Positions 1-10,894 of a DNA stretch of 64,000 bases are shown piece by piece. Position 1 is the stretch's first letter, and each line of letters begins with the position of its first letter. This stretch comes from Octopus vulgaris (taxonomy: Eukaryota). Under the pieces are notes generated by a model. That model did not search any database. It saw only the letters and a list, made by a program, of their open reading frames with translations, and had not been told where the DNA came from. The stretch lies in assembly GCA_951406725.2 (NCBI GenBank), contig OX597838.1, forward strand, positions 33,356,001 through 33,420,000. The letters run 5' to 3'. Position numbers and translations under genes: made by a program.

Positions 1-168
1 ATCTACTCGCAATACCAGAGGGCGCACACTCTCCTACCCTGATGTAATCTCCAGGGATACAGGCATCCAGCAACAGGACCTCCGTAATGCCATGATGGAC
101 CGTGAAGTCTGGCGTAGCATGGTAAATTCCATTGACTCGACCACGGTCGAACAATGATGATGATGATG
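1..168 (+). mobile_element. RTE-clade LINE 3' end with (GAT)n tail
   Basis: Same sequence as 46030-46420 and 55167-55599 (encodes ...MMDREVWR...), ends in ATGATGATG tail. Confidence 0.75.
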
Positions 169-556
169 GATACTGAAGTGGGTGTTATATCAATCCAACA
201 TTTTAAGGATTATAACAAGAAGAAAAGTCCGGAATCCTTGTTAAATTTAATGATTTCGTTATCTAAAATTTTATTCAGAGAAATTTCTCGTGATCAGGAC
301 ATATTCGGAAGATAGTCTGTCATTCTGTCGCACCTCGAAAATCATTTTCCTATTCACTGCAAACGTCATTCGCAGCGACAATCACATCCTGGTATCAAGT
401 GATGATAAATTTAATTGGGATAATTACAAGAAATAAAAAGGGGAAAGTGTAAAGAATCACGAACACAAATTACATAATTATGGTTAAAACAAGAATTTCC
501 CAGAATTAAAATATGCACGCTGTCTTCATGCGCAAACACACACGTACACGCATTTG

Positions 557-792
557 CATGTATGTATGTATGTATGTATGTATGTATGTATGTATGTATG
601 TATGTATGTATGTATGTATGTATGTATGTATGTATGTATGTATGCATGTATGTATGTAAGTATGTATGTATGTATGTATGTATGTATGTATGTACGTATG
701 TAAGTATGCATGTATGTATGTATGTAAGTATGTATATATGTATGTATGTATGTAAGTATGTATGTATGTATGTATGTATGTAGGTAGGTATG

Positions 793-823
<31 letters not shown>

Positions 824-968
824 GTATGTATGTACGTACGTATGTATGTATGTATGTATGTATGCATGTATGTATGTATGTAAGTATGTATTTATGTAAG
901 TATGTATGTAAGTATGTATGTATGTATGTATGTAAGTATGTATGTATGTACGTATGTATGTATGTACG

Positions 969-1002
<34 letters not shown>

Positions 1003-1244
1003 CGTATGTATGTATGTACGTATGTATATATGCATGTATGTATGTATGTAAGTATGTATGTATGTACGTATGTATGTATGTATGTATGTATGTATGTATG
1101 TATGTATGTATGTATGTATGTATATATGTATGTATGTACGTATGTATGTATGTAAGTATGTATGTAAGTATGTATGTATGTATGTATGTATGTAGGTAGG
1201 TATGTATGTATGTATGTATGTATGTATGTATGTATGTATGTATG

Positions 1245-1278
<34 letters not shown>

Positions 1279-1708
1279 TGTATGTATGTATGTATGTATG
1301 TATGTATGTATGTATGTATGTATGTATGTATGTATGTATGTATGTATGTATGTATGTACGTATGTATGTATGTATGTACGTATGTATGTATGTATGTATG
1401 TATATATGTATGTATGTACGTATGTATGTATGTACGTATGTATGTAAGTATGTATGTATGTATGTATGTATGTATGTATGTATGTACGTATGTATGTATG
1501 TACGTATGTATGTAAGTATGTATGTATGTATGTATGCATGTATGTATGTATGTATATATGTATGTATGTATGCATGTATGTATGTATGTATGTACGTATG
1601 TATGTATGTACGTATGTACGTATGTATGTATGTATGTATGTATATATGTATGTATGTACGTATGTAGGTAGGTAGGTATGTATGTATGTATGCATGTATG
1701 TATGTATG

Positions 1709-1742
<34 letters not shown>

Positions 1743-1866
1743 TGTATGTATGTATGTATGTATGTATGCATGTATGTATGTATGTATGCATGCATGTTTG
1801 TATGTAAGTATGTATGTATGTAAGATTGTATGTATGTATGTATGTATGCATGCAGGTATGTATGTG
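557..1866. repeat. ~1.3-kb (TATG)n microsatellite with TAAG/TACG/TGCA/TAGG interruptions
   Basis: Direct reading. Confidence 0.98.
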
Positions 1867-1970
1867 TTTATATATGAATGTATATACTATCGTGTGTGAA
1901 TAATATTCTTAAGGTCAACATTTACTCATTCACGACCACTTCTAGGCTTTGTCACTATTTCAGTTTTTAA

Positions 1971-2202
1971 GGCGGCGAACTGGCAGAAACGTTAGCACGC
2001 CGGGCGAAATGCTTAGCGGTATTTCGTCTGCTGTTACGTTCTGAGTTCAAATTCCGCCGAGGTCGACTTTGCCTTTCATCCTTTCGTGCTCGATTAAATG
2101 AGTACCAGTTATGCACTGGGGTCGATGTAATCGACTTAATCCGTTTGTCTGTCCTTGTTTGTCCCCTCTGTGTTTAGCCCCCTTGCGGGCAATAAAGAAA
2201 TA
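1971..2202 (+). mobile_element. tRNA-derived SINE, family 2 (GGCGGCGAGCTGGCAGAA head; GCCTTTCATCCTTTCG core)
   Basis: A/B-box-like head (GAGTTCAAATTC); many copies in the window; TCAGTTTTTAA repeated on both flanks. Confidence 0.85.
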
Positions 2203-2232
2203 ACTAACTCAGTTTTTAACCAAATTAGATTA

Positions 2233-2450
2233 TACTCTTTTACTCTTTTACTTGTTTCAGTCATTTGACTGCGGCCATGCTGGAGCAGCACCTTTAGTCG
2301 AGCAAATCGACCCCGGGACTTATTCTTTGTAAGCCCAGTACTTATTCTATCGGTCTCTTTTTGCCGAACCGCTAGGTGACGGGGACGTAAACACACCAGC
2401 ATCGGTTGTCAAGCAATGCTAGGGTAACAAACACAGACACACACACACAC

Positions 2451-2535
<85 letters not shown>

Positions 2536-2692
2536 TACGACATGCTTCTTTCAGTTTCCGTCTACCAAATCCACTCACAAGGCATTGGTCGGCCCGGGGT
2601 TATAGCAGAAGACACTTGCTCAAGATGCCACACAGTGGGACTGAACCCGGAACTATGTGGTTGGTTAGCAAGCTACTTACCACACAGCCACG
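2233..2692 (-). mobile_element. tRNA-derived SINE, family 1 (GTGGCTGTGTGGTAAG head, internal (TA)/(TG) microsatellite, GTAAAAGA tail)
   Basis: Reverse complement of the full copies at 28694 and 59792. Confidence 0.88.
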
Positions 2693-3020
2693 GTCACATC
2701 CTAAGCTACATTTTCAGCTACAAAATTTGAAAATTGCTTGGGTAGAAAAATGTCCCAGTCCAATATGTGAGGTAAAAAATGGGAAATCGAGTCCAAATAT
2801 TATCTTTTTAAAGAAATCTGTATTTTATTTTAGCTCATATGAGAGATCTCGACGAGAGGAATATATCCACGTTACTTGCTCTTTTATTCTTTTACTTGCT
2901 TCAGTCATTTGACTGCGGCCATGCTGGAGCACCGCCTTTAGTCGAGCAACTCGACCCCTGGATTTATTCTTTTGTAAGCCTGGTAGTTATTCTACTGGTC
3001 TCTTTTCTGCTGTCCATCGT

Positions 3021-3029
3021 AAACACACA

Positions 3030-3081
<52 letters not shown>

Positions 3082-3600
3082 TACATACATACATACATAC
3101 ATACAAAATACATACATACATACATACATACATACATACATACATACATACATACACACACATACACACACACGCATACATACATAAATACATACATACA
3201 TACATAAATACATACATACATACACACACACACACATACACACACATACATACATACATACATACATACACGCACACACACACATACACACACACATACA
3301 TACATAAATACATACATACACACACACATAAATACATACATACATACGTACGTACGTACGTACATACATACATACATACATACATACATACATACATACA
3401 TACGTACATACAAACATACATACACACACGCACACACACACATACACACACACATACATACATAAATACATACATACACACACACATAAATACATACATA
3501 CATACATACATACATACATACATACATACATACATACATACATACATACATACATACATACATACTTACTTACTTATTTACTTACCTACTTACTTACATA
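3021..3600. repeat. (CA)n/(CATA)n compound microsatellite
   Basis: Direct reading. Confidence 0.97.
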
Positions 3601-3813
3601 TTTACTTTTTTTATTGCTATTTCTAGCTGCTCGCCAGATGACGTGTGGAGGAGACCCGCAATGTAGTTTGTTATTTATTGAAAACGACGTGGTCCTCGAA
3701 GCGAAGTTTTCAAGATAAAGGTCAATTATAAACACCACTGATAGAAAAAAATTTATCTACTTTTATTAAATTAGAATCTAAATGTTCAATTAAAATATAC
3801 AATATAAATTATT

Positions 3814-4245
3814 GGATCTTTTCGGTTTGAACGGCAGTTTTTTAAAATAATTTCCACATAACTAGACACTTTTAAACTTCCTATACTGGTAGAATGTGTT
3901 TATAAAACATCTTTTTCTCTTGGCTTTATTGAGAAAATTCTATGGTTTGTAAGATATTTGTTGTTGTTTTTTCTTCAATTTCTGCAATTTCAACCAATCA
4001 ATGACGTCTATTGAGGTGAAAACATTCTGTGCCGTATGAATATGTCACTCGTTTAAGAAACAGATTGGGTTTATTTACATTTCTGAAGAAAAAAGATACC
4101 CTTCCCCCACCCCTAACCCTAACCCCAACTAACCCTAACCCTAAAACAGATTGAAATGAAATAGATCGATACTAGGGTCATAATTATGGGTGACAATTTC
4201 ATATGACACCGTTAGAAAAAACTGCCGTTCAAACCGAAAAGATCC
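3814..4245. mobile_element. Non-autonomous DNA transposon, GGATCTTTTCGGTTTGAACGGCAG TIRs, 8-bp TSD (Merlin- or hAT-like)
   Basis: Matching TIRs at both ends; TSD AAATTATT on both sides; related copies at 43435 and 53528. Confidence 0.88.
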
Positions 4246-4400
4246 AAATTATTTATTATAATAAATTAATTATTTATAAATAAAAATACTTAAGATTTAT
4301 TAAGCACAGAATTAATTACATGTATTAATTTACTTTTTCTAATCAGTGTGTGTTTATTAAGATATTTTGTATAATAACAGGCGTGACAGGTATGCCAGTT

Positions 4401-4524
4401 AACTCTGGTATCTCCTCACCCCGAGCGGATAAATCTTTCGCCTTTTACTAAAGATTTCCGTGGGGAGGAACATTTTAATGAGTCTATAGACTTATTTTTG
4501 AAAGCCTCATCTAACCATGAGGCG
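4401..4524 (+). ncRNA. U5: U5 snRNA gene, class X flank (T10A change in stem Ib)
   Basis: ACTCTGG start; loop 1 GCCTTTTAC closed by AAATCTTT/AAAGATTT; Sm site ATTTTTG; 3' hairpin GCCTCAT/ATGAGGC. Confidence 0.96.
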
Positions 4525-4760
4525 GTAATTAAATCAACATCAGACTAATTAATATTGGGTCCATTGCGACCTCCTAACCGTTTTGCCTCGGGTTCAGTCG
4601 CACAGCGTGTCTTGTCTTCTATTGTAAACTCAATAAGTCTATCAGTGCCTTGGCCGAACTGCTAAGTTACAAAGCTGTATGCGCTTCTCCCTAACCACTA
4701 CTTTACAACCATTGTTGGTTTGTTTACACCCCGTAACTTAGCAGTTCGGCCAAGGCACTG

Positions 4761-5300
4761 ATAGACTTATTTTTGAAAGCCTCATCTAACCATGAGGCGA
4801 TAATTAAATTAACATCAGACTAATTAATATTGGGTTAATTGCGACCGCCTAACCGTTTTGCCTCGGGTTCAGTCGCACAGCTTGTCATTTATTGTACCCC
4901 AGGCTGAACAAAGCTGTATGTCCTTGTCCCTAACCACTACTTTACAACCAATGTTGGTTTGTTTACACCCCGTAACTTAGCAGTTCGGCCAAGGCACTGA
5001 TAGACTTATTTTTGAAAGCCTCATCTAACCATGAGGCGATAATTAAATTAACATCAGACTAATTAATATTGGGTTAATTGCGACCGCCTAACCGTTTTGC
5101 CTCGGGTTCAGTCGCACAGCTTGTCATTTATTGTACCCCAGGCTGAACAAAGCTGTATGTCCTTGTCCCTAACCACTACTTTACAACCAATGTTGGTTTG
5201 TTTACACCCCATAACTTAGCAGTTCGGCCAAGGCACTGATAGACTTATTTTTGAAAGCCTCATCTAACAATGAGGCGATAATTAAATTAATATCAGACTA
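4761..5300 (+). repeat. 239-bp tandem repeat: U5 3' stub (Sm site, hairpin, 3' box) plus degenerate SINE; stubs at 4761, 5000, 5239
   Basis: ATAGACTTATTTTTGAAAGCCTCATCTAAC recurs at a 239-bp period. Confidence 0.93.
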
Positions 5301-5789
5301 ATTAATTTGGATCACGAACCGGGATTCCCAGTCCCACTAACATTGTTATTATATTTCTCACGTAAACGGTATGTTCGTCTATTCGTTGTTATATTCCCCG
5401 TCACAACATTACAGCAATATTATATATTGCTTGCTGGCAAAGTGCTTAGCGGCATTTCGGTTGTCTTCATCTAAAGAAGCCATTTAATTAAACTAAAGTT
5501 AGATTAATCTCTTTGGAAAAGACATAAGCCAGTCGAATTCAGTCAACAATTTTGGGTTTGGCCGAATTAGATCTCATTTAGTGGACCCTATTAAAGTGGG
5601 ATTCGAAATTGTAATTCTGTTCCTGTAAAACTTTTCATTATAGGATATACAGTAAGAGATGATGTATTTATGATATTGATTTCTAATTTTTTGCTAGCAA
5701 TTTAGTGGGAGGAGGTAAGTCGACAATATCGATCCCAGTACTAGTGTCCCCTTCTCTCTAATGCCTTTACGGCAATTTAAAAGAAATAG

Positions 5790-6222
5790 AGAAGCTTGCT
5801 GCCCCAACCACATGGTTTCGGGTTCAGTTCCATTGCGTGACACTTTGAGCAAGTGTCTTTTACTATAGCCTTGGGCCGATTAAAACTTTTTGTGTAGATT
5901 TGGTGGACGGAAACTAAAAGAAGCCCGTTGTGTGTGTGTTCGTGGCTGTCTTTGTCCTCCATCGCAATTTGATAACCGGTGTTGGTGCATTTACGTTCCT
6001 GTAACACTAGCGGTTCAGCAAAAGAGATTGAGCAAGTATCTTCTACTATAGCCCTGGGCCGATTAAAGCTTTTTGTGTAGATTTGGTGGACGGAAACTAA
6101 AAGAAGCCCGTTGTGTGTGTGTTCGTGACTGTCTCTGTCCTCCACCGCAGTTTGATAACCGGTGTTGGTGTATTTACGTTCCTGTAACACTAGCGGTTCA
6201 GCAAAAGAGATTGATAGAATAG
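5790..6222 (+). mobile_element. Family-1 SINE with ~183-bp internal tandem duplication
   Basis: TTGAGCAAGT...CAGCAAAAGAGATTGA block occurs twice (about 5845 and 6028). Confidence 0.8.
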
Positions 6223-6561
6223 GTGCAACGCTTTTATTTAGTGATGAAGGAGTTTTGTGTTTAACAAATAGCAAAGAAAATATCTCCACTGACATCTAAA
6301 CAAAATGACAAAAGGTCAAGGTCGATTGTAAATTTTAGCGACATATATTCATAAATACGATATTATTTAATTAAAAGCTAACTTTACAATTACAATATCT
6401 AGAATAAAACGTTTATTATAATGTACTAAAAGTTTATATATAAAAATATTTTCAACTTATGGAGCAAATAATTAATTAGGTATATTAATTTGTTTTTCCT
6501 AATCAGTGCTTGTGTATTTAGATATTTTGTATAAGATTGAATGTCTAAGTGTGTGTCAGCT

Positions 6562-6685
6562 AACTCTGGTTTCTCCTCACCCCGAGCGGATAAATCTTTC
6601 GCCTTTTACTAAAGATTTCCGTGGGGAGGAACATTTTAATGAGTCTATAGACTTATTTTTGAAAGCCTCATCTAACCATGAGGCG
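6562..6685 (+). ncRNA. U5: U5 snRNA gene, class Y flank
   Basis: Full U5 consensus; conserved upstream TAATCAGTG block and 3' box. Confidence 0.96.
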
Positions 6686-6886
6686 ATAATTAAATTAACA
6701 TCAGACTAATTAATATTGGGTTAATTGCGACCGCCTAACCATTATACTTTGGGTTCAGTCCCACAGCGTGTCTTCTATTGTGACCCCAGGCTGAACAAAG
6801 CTGTATGTGCTTGTCCCTAACCAATACTTTACAACCAATGTTGGTCTGTTTACATCCCGTAACTTAGCAGGTCGGCCAAGGCACTG

Positions 6887-6925
6887 ATAAACTTATTTTT
6901 GAAAGTCTCATCTAACCATGAGGCG
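6887..6925 (+). pseudogene. U5 3' stub
   Basis: Only Sm site and 3' hairpin, followed by 3' box. Confidence 0.85.
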
Positions 6926-7230
6926 ATAATTAAATTAATATCAGACTAATAAACAAAATAAATTCGAGGAATGGGCAGTAAATAGTACTGCCCATTTCTC
7001 GAAAAACTGTTGTATATACTGCAACGAACTCGCATTGTGCCTTTCTACAGTCGGGTTTTGTTGTAGCTCGATCGGTGATGCCTGGGCTCAGACTAAATCT
7101 TCCTCTCACGTGTATGGATGACCTTTACTGCTTTGGGTTAAATCAAACCGTAATGTTAGACAATGGATAAATCTTGATTTGTAATTTCTCATATAAAATT
7201 ATACTGAACAGAAATTATATGGTCAGCCAG

Positions 7231-7515
7231 TGGAGGCGCAATGGCCCAGTGGTTAGGGCAGCGGACTCGCGGTTTCGATTCCCAGACTGGGCGCTGTGTG
7301 TGTTTATTGAGCGAAAACACCTAAAGCTCCGGCAACGGGTGGTGGCGACCCCTGTTGTACTCTTTCGCCACAACTTTTTCTCACTCTTTCTTCCTGTTTC
7401 TTGAGTAACGCTGCGATGGACAGGTGTCCTGTCCAGTTGGGGGGAACACATACGCCACAGAAACCGGGCCCATGAGCCTGGCTAGGCTTGAAAAGGGCGC
7501 ATAAATAAAAATAAA
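7231..7515 (+). mobile_element. tRNA-derived V-domain-like SINE (family 3); also at ~10507, 18262, 23006, 25120, 36954
   Basis: TGGCCCAGTGGTTAG A box; CTGCGATGGAC..GTCCAG V-like domain; A-rich tail; a dispersed copy at 36954. Confidence 0.8.
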
Positions 7516-7628
7516 AAACTAGCTTCTACTTCCATTGTGTGGGTGATAATTTAGTTTATTGGGGTGAGTGCGTTAAGCGGTGATAAATAAAAATGCGACG
7601 TTAATATCAGTTCGAATCTGCTTAAGTA

Positions 7629-8178
7629 CGAGGGTGAGTCAAAAAGTGATGCCATTTTGTTTAGGACAGGTATAATTACCATCACAGGAACATGTATCAT
7701 ACATCAAAATGAAGCTGGTCCTCTGTGGATAACATCCCTACTTCTCAACATAGTCACCGTTTCTCTCAATAGCAATGTTCCACCTTCGAATGAGAGCATG
7801 TATCCCTGCCCTGTAAAATTCTGTTGATTGTTCTTTGAGCCACTTCTTCACTACAGTTGTCACTTCCTCGTCACTGGACTATCATCTCTTCGGCCCCATG
7901 AAAGAGGGTTTGAGAGGCAAACATTATTCCAGTGACGAGGAAGTGAAAACTGTAGTGAAGAAGTGGCTCAAAGAACAGTCAACAGAATTTTATGGGGGCA
8001 GAGAGATATGCTCTCATTCGAAGGCGGAACATTGCTAATGAGAGAAACAGTGACTATGTTGAGAAGTAGGGATGTGATCCACAGAGGACCAGCTTCATTT
8101 TAATGTATGATACATGTTCCTGTGGTGGTAATTATACCTGTCCTAAACAAATTGGCATTACGTTTTGACTCACCCTCG
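7629..8178. mobile_element. Palindromic mariner-derived MITE (~250-bp inverted arms, TA TSD)
   Basis: TA|CGAGGGTGAGTCAAAA...TTTTGACTCACCCTCG|TA; centre encodes mariner C-terminus DYHLFGPMKEGLRGKHYSSDEEVK. Confidence 0.9.
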
Positions 8179-8310
8179 TATTTACAAGTCAGAACGTACT
8201 AGTGTTAACATTGCATTTTTAATTTATCGATCTCAACCTGATACGAAGTCATAATCACATATACAATACTTGACATTCTCGAACGTGGCTGTGGAGTGAG
8301 AAGCTTGCTT

Positions 8311-8868
8311 CTCCGACGCATGCGTTGGTCAGTGTCTTTTTTTTTTCTTTTGCACTGCTAGGAGTCACAACACCAACGTCGTAGGTCATTTGTTTTTTTG
8401 GAGGGATTCAGTGGGATGTTTGTTGCTCGTGTTTAATTATTTGGTCGAATAAGAAATCTCCACTGAGTCCCGGGCATTTGTCTGCCTGTAGTTGTGTTTA
8501 AAGTCTCACTTACAGGTGAGAAGTGTGTTTTGAGCGCATATCCTTCCTCCTATAATTGTGCTTATTTTTACCAATTTTTGGTGAAATTGTTTTGTGCCCT
8601 GGATTACCGAATTGGTCAGGAGTACCAGGACAGCCAGAAGAACAGTTTGCTGTGTTTTTAAACTGTTTCTTGTCTTCTTCATTCCTTCCTGCATCTTTGT
8701 TTTTTTTGAACTCTGTGAACTTTTGTTTTTCTGTAAAAAAATGGCAAAAATGAACAACACTGCGTTGGAGTGGGAGATTGTCCCACCCAAACAGTGAATG
8801 AAAGACTTTGAAGTGAAGACGGTGGTGTTAAGGACTTACTCAAAGTCACTAGACACCATCGCCCTCTT
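8311..8868 (+). mobile_element. Tx1/L1-like retrotransposon family A: 5' UTR plus ORF1 N-terminus (ATG 8741), 3'-truncated
   Basis: MAKMNNTALEWEIVPPKQ*MKDFEVKTVVLRTYSKSLDTIALF is homologous to the zinc-knuckle ORF1 at 12230; T-rich UTR. Confidence 0.65.
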
Positions 8869-9304
8869 TTTAGACTTCGAGGGACTTTGTTCGATAGCAT
8901 TCCCCACATTTTGGCAGTTCTCCTCACTACGAGACGCTCGAGGTCACCTAGGGATATTTTTCTTCTCAGTATCACCTGTCTCACAGAAATTTGTAACAGC
9001 CCGCAGGATCACTTTCGGAGAAGGTGCCTATCACTTTCCAAAATGCTGTCGGAATTTTCTTTGGGCTGCAACGATGGATCTTTGGCTGGTGAAGTATGCT
9101 TTGACCACGTATGCAATTTCTTTTGGAGTCCACAACATTATGAGGGTCACCATAATCAAATACCTGTACAAAAAATAGTAAAATCTTAGATATGTTGAAC
9201 TCCTGTATATCAGTCATGTAATGAATATATTTCGTTCTCTATGTCATTTTTTCAATCCAAGATACTAACATTTAAAATGTGCCCCGTCATTATGGCCCAT
9301 CCTG
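8867..9304 (-). mobile_element. Tc1/mariner transposon 5' fragment (DUF4817-like HTH)
   Basis: Minus strand reads WTPKEIAYVVKAYFTSQRSIVAAQRKFRQHFGK..PSPKVILRAVTNFCETG; TIR-like end CAGGATGGGCC at 9304. Confidence 0.75.
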
Positions 9305-9360
9305 CATGGCTACAGTCCAATGACTGAAACAAGTAAAACATAAAACGTGACAGATTTGCT

Positions 9361-9486
9361 ATGCCTCTGGTTTCTCCTCACCCCGAGCGGATAAATCTTT
9401 CGCCTTTTACTAAAGATTTCCGTGGGGAGGAACATTTTAATGAGTCTATAGACTTATTTTTGTAAGCCTCATCTAACCTTGAGGCT
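9361..9486 (+). ncRNA. U5: U5 snRNA copy, class Z (ATGCCTCTGG...CCTTGAGGCT), upstream promoter block lost
   Basis: Full U5 body; 5' flank switches to a SINE tail about 20 nt upstream. Confidence 0.88.
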
Positions 9487-9813
9487 GATAATTAAATTAA
9501 CATCAGACTAATTAACTTGGTTTCACAAACTACGGGTCCCTGGGCCCTCCAACACCGTGTTATCTCTAAACTTACTTTTCTGAGTTTCATCTAACTATAA
9601 AGACATTGAGATAACTGCAGGTCTCGTGTGTGTGTTACGTTTATCGCTATAAATTTTTTAACGGTTGTGATTTGGGGAAGATTTGGTTGCTATTTCTAGC
9701 AATTCAGAGACTGTCTAGAGCAGGCATCGGCAACCATTTTCGAGAAACGCTTTGATGCTTACAAAAATGTTTAAAAACGTGGTCCTGTGAGCCGAGAAAT
9801 TTTAGCAGCAGTT

Positions 9814-9850
9814 TCAAGGTCAAGGTCGATTATAAACATCACTGATAGGT
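9814..9850 (+). promoter_or_regulatory. Candidate U5 distal element (TCAAGGTCAAGGTCGATTATAAAC) at about -250
   Basis: Positionally conserved upstream of copies whose flanks have otherwise diverged (3718, 6312, 14557, 30718). Confidence 0.5.
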
Positions 9851-9973
9851 ACAAATATATCCAGTTTTATTTAGTCAAACCTTAATATTTAATGAGTAAC
9901 ACATCGAATAAAATATTTATTATAATCTACTAGTTATTTATATATAAAGATATTTAAAATTTGTTGATCATGA

Positions 9974-10012
9974 AATTAATTACCTATATTGATTTATATC
10001 TTCTAATCAGTG
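9974..10012 (+). promoter_or_regulatory. Candidate U5 proximal sequence element (ATTRATTT...TTCTAATCAGTG, about -90 to -54)
   Basis: Conserved at near-fixed distance in X, Y and Z flanks; PSE position typical of Pol II snRNA genes. Confidence 0.6.
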
Positions 10013-10065
10013 TTTGTTTAGTCAGATATTTTGTATAATATTGAATGTCAAAATGTGTGTCAGTT

Positions 10066-10189
10066 AACTCTGGTTTCTCCTCACCCCGAGCGGATAAATC
10101 TTTCGCCTTTTACTAAAGATTTCCGTGGGGAGGAACATTTTAATGAGTCTATAGACTTATTTTTGAAAGTCTCATCTAACCATGAGGCG
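10066..10189 (+). ncRNA. U5: U5 snRNA gene, class Y (C>T wobble in 3' hairpin)
   Basis: Full U5 consensus with upstream blocks and 3' box. Confidence 0.96.
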
Positions 10190-10213
10190 ATAATTAAATT
10201 AATATCAGACTAA
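10190..10213 (+). terminator. Candidate snRNA 3' box (ATAATTAAATTAAYATCAGAC), after every U5 copy and stub
   Basis: Near-invariant directly downstream while further flanks diverge; AA..A..AGA core resembles the metazoan 3' box. Confidence 0.6.
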
Positions 10214-10894
10214 TAAACAAAATAAATTCGAGGAATGGGCAGTAAATAGTACTGCCCATTTCTCGAAAAACTGTTGTATATACTGCAACGAACTCGCATT
10301 GTGCCTTTCTACAGTCGGGTTTTGTTGTAGCTCGATCGGTTGTGCCTGGGCTCAGACAAAATCTTCCTCTCACGTGTATGGATGACCTTTGCTGCTTTGG
10401 GTTAAATCAAACCGTAATATTAGACAATGGATAAATCTTGATTTGTAATTTCTCATATAAAATTATACTGAACAGAAATTATATGGTCAGCCAAACTAGC
10501 TTCAGTGGAAGCGCAATGGCCCAGTGGTTAGGGCAAGCGGACTCGTGGTTTCGATTCCCAGACTGGGCGTTGTGTGTGTTTATTGAGCGAAAACTCCGTC
10601 AAGGGGTGGTGGCGACCCCTGTTGTACTCTTTCGCCACACCTTTCTCTCACTCTTTCTTCCTGTTTCTTGAGTAACGCTGCGATGGACAGGCGTCCCGTC
10701 CAGTTGGGGGGAACACATACGCCACAGAAACCGGGCCCATGTGCCTGGCTAGGCTTGAAAAGGGCGCATAAATTAAAAAAAAAACTAGCTTCTACTTCCA
10801 TTGTGTGGGTGATAATTTAGTTTATTGGGGTGAGTTCGTTAAGCGGTGATAAATAAAAATGCGACGTTAATATCAGTTCGAATGTGCTTAAGTA

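Noticed and set aside
411-3563. Long ORFs of HTYI/MYVC repeats (also 38514-42560, 51581-52394, 57560-58424)
   Set aside because: Translations of stop-free microsatellites
4110-4145. (CCCTAA)n as an interstitial telomere (also ~42590)
   Set aside because: Internal part of the GGATC MITE family
4500-5300. CRISPR-like look of the 39-bp stub repeats and of the family-4 SINE subunits
   Set aside because: Spacers are homologous to one another, the context is eukaryotic, and there are no cas genes
6506-6709. Repeated ORF ...LTLVSPHPERINLSPFTKDF... (also 10031, 17787, 32943)
   Set aside because: It is the U5 sequence read as codons; conservation follows RNA structure
7231-7300. tRNA-like sequences (also 36954, 53380-53453, 62460)
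   Set aside because: SINE heads continuing into SINE bodies; no intact cloverleaf followed by a terminator
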